Origin: Burkholderiales bacterium | Lineage (GTDB): Bacteria > Pseudomonadota > Gammaproteobacteria > Burkholderiales > UBA11063 | Direction: 5' to 3' | Assembly: GCA_035438765.1 (NCBI GenBank) | Contig: DAORIZ010000002.1 | Span: 65,249 to 129,248, forward strand | DNA: 64,000 nucleotides | Shown here: piece after piece, positions 27,781 to 36,823 of the stretch | How positions within the stretch are numbered: position 1 is the first letter of the stretch | How the letters are laid out: each line of letters begins with the position of its first letter | Notes under the pieces: generated by a model | What the model was told of the DNA's origin: nothing | Database searches by the model: none | Seen by the model: the letters and a program-made list of their open reading frames with translations, nothing else | Made by a program: the position numbers and the translations under genes

Positions 27781-30700
27781 TAAAAAACTTACTTGTAATA
27801 ATATGTGTTTTTATCTTATCTTCATGTAACATAGGACAAACAAGTAATCAGAATCAGAAACCATTTGTTGGGTCAGTAACTATTGGACATATAAGTATAA
27901 TTCCATATTCTTCATATTCGAATGATTATGCACTACTACCAATTCAAAACAATAGTAATCAAACAGTATTTTTTTCTTCAGTTAGTGTTACTCAAAATGC
28001 TATAGCTTTAACTACTAGTAAATATTTGGATATAACCTCTTGTAATGTTATATTACCAAATCAGATATGTTATATTAAAATATTTGCGAACCAACAAACT
28101 GGTTATCAAATTGATGTCATTTATGAGATATCAAACCATCATAAAATAAATCTTAGGCAAATTGTCAATTTTAGTAATAACTTACCCCAAAATGATGGAA
28201 TGATTATTTCAAACCAAAATAATTGGGTAAGCACAGTATCAGCATTAAGCATTCCTGTTTTATTAAGTAAGTCTTATTCCAAGATAGAAGCAAAACTTGG
28301 CAATTCAGACCTAGCAGTAATTTGTTCTCAACCAAACACAAGTTCACATAATATATGTACAATAGTAATACCTGCTATGAGTGTTTCTGATGAGAATAGG
28401 CTAGTTACTATAAATGCATACAATAATCATGAACTAAAATCAATAATTTCTTATACGAGTACTGTAACATTAACTAACAACACCAGTGCCAATATTATCT
28501 CATCCGCAATAAATCCGGTAATTAATCCAGCAAATGGCAGTAATCCAGTTTCTATAACTCTTTTAAATAATGGTAATGCACCAGCTACGTCTCTTAAAAT
28601 TTCAGGGGTAACACCCATCCAAATTCAAAATAATACTTGCGGTAGCAATTTAAATGTTTCACAATCCTGTACTTTTCAGGTTAATAGCTCAAACTCTACT
28701 AGTGGTCAGTCCTCAACAATTATTAGCTACACTAATTCGAGCGGTACTCAATTATTACCACTAAATGTTTCTTATATTGGTACAGCTCCATCGCCATTAC
28801 TTACTTTAACTCCCAATGGTGGCTTTACCAACGTTGCAATTAATCAGGGAAATGTCTATTTGACGGTAAATGTACAAAATACAGGAAATGCCACTCTTCA
28901 AAATTTACAATTCAATAATATAAATGCAGTAAATTCAGCAATGAGCTCTTTTGTTAATGGTAGTACATGTAGTAATGGGCAAAGCATAGCAAGCGGCGGC
29001 AGTTGTAATATGGTGTTAAGTTATAATCCAACCAGTGCACAAAGTGGAACTGTTACATTTATTGTAAAAGGAGATTATTACAATCAGTCTGGTCAACTGC
29101 AAACTTACTCTAACTCAAGTCTAATAATATCTTATTCAGCAGTAAGCGGAGCTATTTTTAAAGCTGTAGGAGATTTTGGGATGGTTATTACCTCCCCTGC
29201 TGGAGCAGCAGGAACCTGGACGGCTGATATAAATAGTCCGTTTACAACAACAGCAATTAGCGGGAATAGTCTATTAGTTAATAATGGCACTTACGTAATG
29301 AGTATGAGTAATGGTCCTATTAAATATAGTACTTTAAATGGATTATTTTGGCAAACTAGCCCATTAGGTGGTACTGCTGCGTTAAATGCTAGCACATGCT
29401 CCATTGCCTATGATGGAACATATTATTATACCTGTGGTACCGTTAGCACTGCGTTTGCTTCAACCTGCACTACAACTGGTAGAGGTTGTGTTATGCGAAC
29501 AAATAATCTAAATAGTAGTTGGACAGCTTTATTTACTCCAGCTCAAGCAGTGGCAGTTAATGATTTATTTTATTTTAATAATGGGGCTAATGCCGCATAT
29601 GTTGCTGCAATTGCAAATACTACCGCCAATAATACAGGGCTAGCCACTTCAACGAATGGTTCAACCTGGGCAGCAACTTCATCAGGTCAGGCTAAAGCAG
29701 CAAACAATAATTTTACCCCTGTAGTCCTTAATGCCGCTACTAATAATTTGACAACTTGGAATTCTGTAGGATGGAGCAGTACTGAGCCTATTTCTACAGT
29801 AGGTACAGCGTGGGTGGCTAATACCACAACTAGACCAGCAAATAGTAAAGTTACCAGCGCATTATTTCAAGGAAGCACCTATGTTTTAACCTTAGCTAAT
29901 GGAAACATATATACAACAACTACCCCAACTGGAACATATACGCAACGCTCAACCAATGCAACTCAACTTAATCGTATTATCTATGCTAATAATATTAGTA
30001 GTGGAACTTATTTATCAGTTGGTAATAGCGGAGTAAATTTAACGACGACGACCCCAACTGGAACCTGGACAGCGCAAACAGTACTAACAACTGGACAAGC
30101 CACAGTACCAAATTTAACTGGTGCATATTATGATGGTAGCAATATTTGGGTGACAGGTGTAAGCACTATTCTGAAATCAAATAATGCTACAAGCTGGACC
30201 ACTCCTGGATTACAAAGTATCACAAAAAATGGCTCAACTTATCTTGCGGTAGACAATCAGGGAAACATTTACTCTTCAAGTAATGGTACTAGTTGGATAC
30301 AGCAAACTAATCCAACTTCCAATATATTAAATCATATTTATTGTGCGGCACAGAATTTGTGTTTCGCGGTAGGAAATAGTGGGACGATTTTAAAATCAAC
30401 TGATGGGACTAATTGGTCACAATTATCATCTGGAACAAGTAATAATTTACAGGAAATAACCTGTAATAATGAAACATGTATTATAGTAGGTGGGAATGGA
30501 GCAGCAAGTAGTGGAACCATACTTTCTAGCAGTGATTATACAACTTGGTCAATCGTAACCACTTCTTTAGCAACCACAAGCCTAAATAGTATAGCTTATT
30601 ATAATGGCAGTTATATAGCCGTAGGTAATACGGGAACAATTTTTAGTTCTACCAATGGAATTAATTGGCAATCAATTACTTCTGGTACTACTCAAAATCT

Positions 30701-30971
30701 AAATTCAATTGACTGTGGCAATAATGTTGGATGTGCTATAGTTGGTAATGCGGGAACTATTCTATTTTCTGCATTTGGTATATCTTGGAGTGCTGCTACT
30801 TCATCAACAACAAATGATCTACTCTCTGTTGCGTATAATGGTGTTTTTGCTGCAGTTGGGAAAGGCGGAATACTAAGGTATTCTTCCACAGGAAGCGGAA
30901 CCTGGAGTAGTGCTACATTTCCTACTACAAGCAGTGCAACAAATAATATAAATGCAATCATTAGTAATTAA
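27771..30971 (+). CDS. giant surface lipoprotein: N-terminal paralog of the upstream gene plus C-terminal beta-propeller-like repeats
   Basis: Lipobox ILSSC. About 230 aa collinear with 25062..27713 (SSAINPVINPANGSNPVSITLLNNG... compared with TSAINVVVNPSNGSSPQTVTLLNNG...). C-terminal repeats GNSGTILKSTDGTNWSQL, GNTGTIFSSTNGINWQSI, GNAGTILFSAFGISWSAA. Confidence 0.65.
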   Translation: MNELKNLLVIICVFILSSCNIGQTSNQNQKPFVGSVTIGHISIIPYSSYSNDYALLPIQNNSNQTVFFSSVSVTQNAIALTTSKYLDITSCNVILPNQICYIKIFANQQTGYQIDVIYEISNHHKINLRQIVNFSNNLPQNDGMIISNQNNWVSTVSALSIPVLLSKSYSKIEAKLGNSDLAVICSQPNTSSHNICTIVIPAMSVSDENRLVTINAYNNHELKSIISYTSTVTLTNNTSANIISSAINPVINPANGSNPVSITLLNNGNAPATSLKISGVTPIQIQNNTCGSNLNVSQSCTFQVNSSNSTSGQSSTIISYTNSSGTQLLPLNVSYIGTAPSPLLTLTPNGGFTNVAINQGNVYLTVNVQNTGNATLQNLQFNNINAVNSAMSSFVNGSTCSNGQSIASGGSCNMVLSYNPTSAQSGTVTFIVKGDYYNQSGQLQTYSNSSLIISYSAVSGAIFKAVGDFGMVITSPAGAAGTWTADINSPFTTTAISGNSLLVNNGTYVMSMSNGPIKYSTLNGLFWQTSPLGGTAALNASTCSIAYDGTYYYTCGTVSTAFASTCTTTGRGCVMRTNNLNSSWTALFTPAQAVAVNDLFYFNNGANAAYVAAIANTTANNTGLATSTNGSTWAATSSGQAKAANNNFTPVVLNAATNNLTTWNSVGWSSTEPISTVGTAWVANTTTRPANSKVTSALFQGSTYVLTLANGNIYTTTTPTGTYTQRSTNATQLNRIIYANNISSGTYLSVGNSGVNLTTTTPTGTWTAQTVLTTGQATVPNLTGAYYDGSNIWVTGVSTILKSNNATSWTTPGLQSITKNGSTYLAVDNQGNIYSSSNGTSWIQQTNPTSNILNHIYCAAQNLCFAVGNSGTILKSTDGTNWSQLSSGTSNNLQEITCNNETCIIVGGNGAASSGTILSSSDYTTWSIVTTSLATTSLNSIAYYNGSYIAVGNTGTIFSSTNGINWQSITSGTTQNLNSIDCGNNVGCAIVGNAGTILFSAFGISWSAATSSTTNDLLSVAYNGVFAAVGKGGILRYSSTGSGTWSSATFPTTSSATNNINAIISN

Positions 30972-31041
30972 TGGCGATTATATTTTGAATCAAATTTAAC
31001 ACATGACTTGCTTAATAAGTCTATTAATAGCAATGGATAGC

Positions 31042-31082
31042 TGCAAATTTCAAAAAAATCTGCGGTTTGGGAATGGCACCCC
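31042..31082. repeat. 41-bp terminal IR of the second Tn3-family transposon
   Basis: Its reverse complement, GGGGTGCCATTCCCAAACCGCAGATTTTTTTGAAATTTGCA, is identical to 38558-38598. Followed by CTATA at 31083-31087. Confidence 0.85.
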
Positions 31083-31377
31083 CTATAGCTCTGGTTTGGG
31101 TTTTAACTTCATCCGTGAGGCTAGATAAGCTCGCCGAGCTTATTGCGCTAGTTACGGCTTGTTTGATAGTTTGGTCTATCGTTGAGGTGTCTAGTTTGGG
31201 TTTTATGCTTGCTGCACCATAAACCGCCGTTTTGTATTCATCAACCAGTCTTTTTAGTTCTGTCGTGTCAACTGGTGCTTTGTACTGATTTAACTTTGCT
31301 AAAAAATCGTCTTGGATTTCTTTTTGCTTTTTTAGAAATGCTTTGATTAAGGTTTGATCATCCATTAGAGCGCTCAT
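31083..31377 (-). pseudogene. N-terminal ~98 codons of a mob-operon gene split by the second transposon
   Basis: ORF 31024..31377 reads ...TQTRAI and then runs into IR-encoded residues. It joins in frame to ...EHNNSLLSNGTGWQLKFWVILL... at 38557 across the CTATA duplication. Confidence 0.7.
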
Positions 31378-31771
31378 CTAAAAATTTCTTGCCTTGGTTT
31401 TTGTAGAACTCTAGCCAATTTTGCTTATTATCAGTAGTTAAACCAAAGCCATTAGTAGTTAATTCTTGTTTAGCTTTAATCAGTAAACCAATAAGCGCAT
31501 TTTTAAGTTCATTGTTATCTGCAATTTTATCAAACTCATCTGCGCCAAAAACCAAAGGTACTAGACCACCCCAATCATAGATTTTTTTATTACGAAGTTT
31601 ACGAGCTTGGCTTTTTTGCTCCTTTTCTTTTTCTCGTTCAATTTGTTTAGCTAATTTTTCTTTAGCTTTCAATTGTTGTTGTTCTAAACGTTTAAGTTGC
31701 AATTCTAGTTGTTTAACGGTTAGCTTCTTTGTTTCTATTTTCTGATTAATGTCTTGGCTATTATCAATCAT
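31358..31771 (-). CDS. mobilization accessory protein (coiled-coil, Ti TraD/MobC-like)
   Basis: Divergent from mobA across the candidate oriT. K/E/Q-rich coiled coil, then ...KIYDWGGLVPLVFGADEF... Confidence 0.45.
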   Translation of the reverse strand: MIDNSQDINQKIETKKLTVKQLELQLKRLEQQQLKAKEKLAKQIEREKEKEQKSQARKLRNKKIYDWGGLVPLVFGADEFDKIADNNELKNALIGLLIKAKQELTTNGFGLTTDNKQNWLEFYKNQGKKFLDERSNG

Positions 31772-31897
31772 GTTGCTTACTCCACATTATGTTATTGATT
31801 CAAAGAGTAATTATACAATATCGCGCCATATATTCTGGTATAATTGTGCTTAGATTTAAGATGGCGCTAGTAGTACTCTTAATCGAAGTATGAGATA

Positions 31898-31935
31898 AGA
31901 GCGCACTTTACGCCTTGCTACGCAAAGCAGTGCGT
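31898..31935 (-). promoter_or_regulatory. candidate oriT (MOBQ-type nic region plus hairpin)
   Basis: The minus strand reads ACGCA-ctgctt-TGCGT agcaagg CGTAAAGTGCGCTCT. The last block resembles the RSF1010-type nic core TAAGTGCGCCCT as I recall it. Confidence 0.45.
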
Positions 31936-31973
31936 TACTCTTTGCAAAATTAACAAATTAGGAAAACAACAAA

Positions 31974-33473
31974 ATGGCAATTTATACAATGCAAATAAAA
32001 ACAGTTAGCCGAAATAGTGGACATAGTGCTACGGCTAAAATTGCATATAATTGCCGCGATAAAATCACAGACTTGCGGACTGGTGAAATTCACAAATATA
32101 ACAGTGCTAAAATGTCCAAAGACTTGGTTCACTCAGAAATCACCTATAAGGATTTAACGCTAGATAAAAAAGAGCGTTCCGAGATTTGGAACAATGCTGA
32201 ACTTGCTGAAAACCGCAAGGATAGCCGAACGGCAAGAGAGTATGTTATTGCATTGCCAAAAGAACTAAGTACTGAGCAAAATATAGAACTGGTGCGAGAA
32301 TTTGCCACAGAATTGACAACCAAATTTAACAATATTGCTGATTGGGCTATTCACAATGAGAAAGATGGAAACGGTAATATTCACGCTCATATTTTAACGA
32401 CTACCAGAGAGTTTAACCCTGAGACTAAACAACTGGGCGAACGCACCGCTATAGAGTGGAACAATACTAAATGCCAGAAAAATAACGTGCCAGTAACGCA
32501 GGAACAGATTAAGGAGATCCGCAAAGATTGGGAAATTCTCCAGAATAAACACCTCGCAATGGCAGGGCTTGATTTATCTGTTAGTTGTGCTCGCAAAGAA
32601 GATAGGGAAACAGTAAAAAAACACTTGGGAAAAGAAGCGGTAGCCCTCGAACGGCAAGGCATAGAAACAGAGTTAGGCAATCATAATCGAACCATTGATA
32701 ATGTCGTACAGTTAGAACGGCAGATTTATAGTGATGGCAATAACCTGGCCCGAGAACGGGCAGAGTTGGAACGGTTAGAGCTACAAAAACAAGATATTGA
32801 ACGACAGCAGCGGATTGATGAACAGCTAAAACAACAACTAGAATTGGCTAGACAACAGGAATTAATGCGCCTAGAATTATTGCGACAAGAGCAGGCAAAG
32901 CAAGCCGAGGAAAAGCGACAAGCAGAACTAAAAGCTAATGAACAGGAAGAAATTGCACGGTTAAAAATACCATCAGACAACTTTATAACCGCGCAAAGTA
33001 GGTATAAATTATTTGATATTGCCAGAGAACACAAAGAGTTTTTTACTAAACAGACAGTTGGTGATTATGAGTATTGGACTAGTCGCAATGGTGATATAGA
33101 CGTACATAAAACCCATATCAACATTAATAAACAAAGCGATGAGAACATAAAATTAGCCTTAGATGTTGCGGTTAGCCAGTTTGGCAATAAGCTAAATATT
33201 AACGGGAATGATGAGTTTATTAAGGCTACTATTGATATTATAGCGAATGATCCACGCTATGCTAAGATTAGCTTGGACAAACCAGAACATCAAGAAATGT
33301 TAGACAGTAAACGATTAGACATTGAAATTGAAAAAGCGGTAGATTTAGACCTAGACAATATTCCTGATTTAGATATTTCAAATGCACCAGACCTTAATTT
33401 AGATGAGCCAAAGCAGCAGAAAAAACATGAAATTGAGCACGAAATTGATAGAGGCTGGGGGATAAGTAGATAG
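31974..33473 (+). CDS. mobA: MobA/MobL-family (MOBQ) relaxase
   Basis: N-terminus MAIYTMQIKTVSRNSGHSATAKIAYNCRDKITDLRTGEIHKY and the histidine motif NGNIHAHILTTTRE. Q/E-rich coiled-coil middle region. Confidence 0.85.
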   Translation: MAIYTMQIKTVSRNSGHSATAKIAYNCRDKITDLRTGEIHKYNSAKMSKDLVHSEITYKDLTLDKKERSEIWNNAELAENRKDSRTAREYVIALPKELSTEQNIELVREFATELTTKFNNIADWAIHNEKDGNGNIHAHILTTTREFNPETKQLGERTAIEWNNTKCQKNNVPVTQEQIKEIRKDWEILQNKHLAMAGLDLSVSCARKEDRETVKKHLGKEAVALERQGIETELGNHNRTIDNVVQLERQIYSDGNNLARERAELERLELQKQDIERQQRIDEQLKQQLELARQQELMRLELLRQEQAKQAEEKRQAELKANEQEEIARLKIPSDNFITAQSRYKLFDIAREHKEFFTKQTVGDYEYWTSRNGDIDVHKTHININKQSDENIKLALDVAVSQFGNKLNINGNDEFIKATIDIIANDPRYAKISLDKPEHQEMLDSKRLDIEIEKAVDLDLDNIPDLDISNAPDLNLDEPKQQKKHEIEHEIDRGWGISR

Positions 33474-33563
33474 AGTATAGCCACAAAAAGTTAAGATTCA
33501 GTAATTAAAATGATAAAATTCAAAGTATAAACAAATTGAAAACAATTAAGAACAGGTGAATAC

Positions 33564-33962
33564 ATGGCTAAAGTATCAATCTCAGAAGCTATCCGCATGG
33601 CTGGTGTTAGTCGTTCTCACTTTTATAACAAGTATATAAATAAAGGCTTAATTAGTGTACAAGTTGAAGATGATAAAAAATTAATAGAAATTTCTGAATT
33701 AATAAGAGTGTTTGGTAATATACAGGTAGAGAATAGTACTAAAGAACAAATAAGAACAGTTGAAGACATTAAAAATATACCAGATAGTACAAAGATTATT
33801 GAATTATTAGAACAGCAACTACTAGAATATAAACAGAGGGAAATTGAAGCTAAAAGTAGGGAAGAATGGCTTCAGAAACAAATTGATGAATTAAGGCAAC
33901 AACAGAATAATTTACTAGAAAACAAAGCCATTAAGCGAAAAAAATTTTTAGGATTATTTTAA
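33564..33962 (+). CDS. HTH DNA-binding protein with coiled-coil tail
   Basis: MAKVSISEAIRMAGVSRSHFYNKYINKGLI looks like an excisionase/MerR-type HTH. Confidence 0.45.
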   Translation: MAKVSISEAIRMAGVSRSHFYNKYINKGLISVQVEDDKKLIEISELIRVFGNIQVENSTKEQIRTVEDIKNIPDSTKIIELLEQQLLEYKQREIEAKSREEWLQKQIDELRQQQNNLLENKAIKRKKFLGLF

Positions 33963-33982
33963 TAACTCCAAAAGGAATAGTT

Positions 33983-35860
33983 GTGAGTAAAATAGAACAA
34001 TACACAGAAGAATTAACCAAAGCACTGATGGGGTTTAATCTTGGAGAAAATGACTTTGGTCATGTTTATCCTCAAGGAAGTGTTACGGGTATTTCAAAGA
34101 TAGAAACTGCTTTAAAAAAAGCTGGTGGAAAGCCAGTGAGCTGCGAATTAAATGATTACTCATTGGGTGGGAATGGTAATGCAAAACCTGAATTTATTAT
34201 TACATTTAAAGAAGATATAAACACAACCTTAATTATTGAATGCAAGAATAAGACTGCGCAACATGAAACTAAAGAGGTCTATAACAAGCCAAGGAAATGT
34301 GCAGTTGATGGTGCTCTATATTACGCTAAGTTTTTAAAAGATGATTATAATGTTATAGCCATTGGTATAAGTGGAACAGATGAAAAGAAAACCCAGCTAG
34401 ATGTTTTTTACTGGACTAGAGGTCAAGAAAAGCCACAACTCCAACAAAAGTTACATAACATCTTCTTGACCCCAATTAATTACCTAAGAGCCATAAAAGG
34501 TGAAAAGATAACTAAAGCATATTCATTAGATGAAATTAGGGCAACTGCGTTAGACTTTCACGATAAATTAAGAGAAATTAAATTAACAGAAAAACAGAAA
34601 CCTATTTTTATTGCGGGCATACTGATAGCATTAGAAAATCATGACTTTGTAAACAGTTATATTAATTTACCTACTTTTAAAGCCATTATTACACAACTAA
34701 ATTCTGCAATAGTAGATGTGCTTGATAATAGTGATGTTAAAAAGGTGAATTTAGAAAATATTAAAAAGTCATTTACACAAATAGGAAATAATCCTAAACT
34801 ACGAGATATGCCATTAGACAGAGATGGCTCTATTCGTTGGTATATTGAACAATTAGAAATGAAAATCAAACCAATGATGAATAATGCTGACTATTCACTT
34901 GATGCATTAGGTGTTTTCTATCATGAATTTGTGAAGTATAGTGGTGGTGATGGTAGTGGTTTAGGAATTGTCCTAACACCGCAACATTTAACGGAGTTTA
35001 TGAGTGAGTTGGCAGAGGTTAATCAAAATAGCAGAGTTGTAGATATATGTTGTGGTAGCGGCTCATTTCTAGTTACTGCTATGAATAAAATGTTCAAAGA
35101 AGCACAGACGCCAGAGAAGAAAAAAGAGATTAGACAGCACCATTTGTATGGAATTGAACTAGATCAAGATTTATATGTTCTAGCTATTGCAAACATGATT
35201 GTTAGGAAAGATGGAAAGTCAAACATCATACATGGTGACTGTTTTAATAAGAATGTTATAGAAGAATTAAAAACCTTAAGTAATAAAAAATTAGATATTG
35301 GACTGTTAAATCCTCCATATTCACAAAGAGATAAAAGCGAACTAGAGTTTGTTGAGCAATTATTATCTGTTATTAATAAAGGTGGTAAAGCTGTAGTAGT
35401 TGTACCTATGTCCTGCGCTATTGGTACAAAATTCAAAGAAGAACGAAGAAGATTATTCGAAAATCACACTTTAAAAGCAGTTTTTTCTATGCCTGATGAT
35501 GTATTCTATCCGACAGGTACAAATGTTTGTGTTATGGTTTGGGAAGCTCATAAGCCACACAATAGTGCAATAAAAACATTCTTTGGCTACTATAAAGATG
35601 ATGGGTTCGTGAAACGTAAAAAGCTTGGAAGGGTAGATGCTTTTAGTAAGTGGGAATCCATTAAAGCAGAGTGGCTATCTCTGTATTTAAATTCGGAAGA
35701 AAAAGTTGGTATAACAGCTAAACAAGCTGTTAAGCATAATGATGAATGGCTATGTGAAGCATATATGCAAACCGATTACAATAAGTTGACACAAGAAGAT
35801 TTTGAGAAAACAATAAAAGATTATTTTGCTTATTTAGTAAAAAATGGAATCTCATCATGA
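33983..35860 (+). CDS. fused PD-(D/E)xK nuclease / N6-adenine methyltransferase (BcgI-A-like Type IIB R-M subunit, or unusual HsdM)
   Basis: Motif I VVDICCGSGSFL and motif IV LLNPPYS. The N-terminal ~100 aa carry PEFIITFKEDINTTLIIECKNK (PE-X14-ECK). 625 aa. Confidence 0.55.
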   Translation: MSKIEQYTEELTKALMGFNLGENDFGHVYPQGSVTGISKIETALKKAGGKPVSCELNDYSLGGNGNAKPEFIITFKEDINTTLIIECKNKTAQHETKEVYNKPRKCAVDGALYYAKFLKDDYNVIAIGISGTDEKKTQLDVFYWTRGQEKPQLQQKLHNIFLTPINYLRAIKGEKITKAYSLDEIRATALDFHDKLREIKLTEKQKPIFIAGILIALENHDFVNSYINLPTFKAIITQLNSAIVDVLDNSDVKKVNLENIKKSFTQIGNNPKLRDMPLDRDGSIRWYIEQLEMKIKPMMNNADYSLDALGVFYHEFVKYSGGDGSGLGIVLTPQHLTEFMSELAEVNQNSRVVDICCGSGSFLVTAMNKMFKEAQTPEKKKEIRQHHLYGIELDQDLYVLAIANMIVRKDGKSNIIHGDCFNKNVIEELKTLSNKKLDIGLLNPPYSQRDKSELEFVEQLLSVINKGGKAVVVVPMSCAIGTKFKEERRRLFENHTLKAVFSMPDDVFYPTGTNVCVMVWEAHKPHNSAIKTFFGYYKDDGFVKRKKLGRVDAFSKWESIKAEWLSLYLNSEEKVGITAKQAVKHNDEWLCEAYMQTDYNKLTQEDFEKTIKDYFAYLVKNGISS

Positions 35861-36792
35861 AAGTAATAGATATTTTTGATGTTGTTTACGGTGTAAACTT
35901 AGAATTAGTCAATTGTAACGAAACGTCATCAGTTAGTAATAGTGTTAATTTTGTATCGAGAACTAGCGAAAATAATGGAGTTGTAGCAAGAGTATCATTA
36001 ATTGATGGCATAATTCCTCATGCAGCAGGTACTATATCTTGTGCCGCTAGTGGCAGTGTTCTTTCTACTTTTGTGCAACATGAACCTTATTATAGTGGTC
36101 GAGATTTATATGTTTTAACTCCAAAATTAGAACTAAATTTAGTTGAAAAGTTATTTTATTGCTATGTTATAAATGCTAACAACTATCGTTATAGTTATGG
36201 AAGAGCTGCAAATAAAACTCTAAAAGATATTGAGTTACCAGATGAGATACCTGAATGGGTTTATAAGGTAGATTTTGAGAATTATTATAAAGCCATAAAA
36301 ACAAATGTACTACATAGGAATTTGGAACTAGATACTTTTAATTGGCAAGAGTTTGAACTAATAGATTTCTTTGAAATGTTTGCTGGGAAATACATAAACA
36401 AATTAGACTATGAATCAGGTTCTGTTCCTTATATTTCAACTAGTGATACAAATAATGGTGTAATGAATTTCATAAACCAAGAACCAGAGTTTCCAGAAAA
36501 TTGTATAACAATTGGAAAGGTTGGGGTTACTACATATTATCAAGGAAGTAAGTTTTTAGCTACTTCAGATGTAACTGTACTTAAGCCTAAAGGAAACTTC
36601 CTAAATAAGTATACTGGTATTTTCATAACAACGTTAATTAAGTTAGAATCAAAAAAATGGACTTATGGACGCCAGATAAGACTAGGAGATTGTAAAGAGT
36701 TAATTATAAAATTCCCTGTAAAAGATGGTGCACCTGACTGGGGATTTATGGAGAATTTTATAAAACAGCTTCCTTATTCAGATAAAATTTAG
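35857..36792 (+). CDS. restriction-modification specificity subunit (two target-recognition halves)
   Basis: Overlaps the upstream stop (ATGA). Two internal repeats, each with ...VSRTSENNGVV... or ...ISTSDTNNGVM... 311 aa. Confidence 0.6.
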   Translation: MKVIDIFDVVYGVNLELVNCNETSSVSNSVNFVSRTSENNGVVARVSLIDGIIPHAAGTISCAASGSVLSTFVQHEPYYSGRDLYVLTPKLELNLVEKLFYCYVINANNYRYSYGRAANKTLKDIELPDEIPEWVYKVDFENYYKAIKTNVLHRNLELDTFNWQEFELIDFFEMFAGKYINKLDYESGSVPYISTSDTNNGVMNFINQEPEFPENCITIGKVGVTTYYQGSKFLATSDVTVLKPKGNFLNKYTGIFITTLIKLESKKWTYGRQIRLGDCKELIIKFPVKDGAPDWGFMENFIKQLPYSDKI

Positions 36793-36823
36793 TGGTAGTA
36801 TTATTTTTCTAGGTATAGTCTTA

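Larger units (their letters stand above)
23888..31082. mobile_element. second Tn3-family transposon, resolvase plus cargo half (continues at 38558-41653)
   Basis: Ends in a 41-bp IR at 31042-31082 followed by CTATA. Begins at the TACAG junction created by the first transposon. Confidence 0.75.

Noticed and set aside
31024-31377. 117-aa ORF, and the 113-aa ORF at 38275..38616, treated as intact genes
   Set aside because: Both are chimeras. The C-terminus of the first and the N-terminus of the second are encoded by the 41-bp IRs or interior of the second transposon. They are better explained as two halves of one split gene.
33983-36792. Classical Type I R-M (HsdM plus HsdS)
   Set aside because: There is no hsdR in the reconstructed plasmid, and the M-like protein has an extra N-terminal PE...ECK segment, so I favour a BcgI-like system. 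Type I with a distant hsdR is not excluded.
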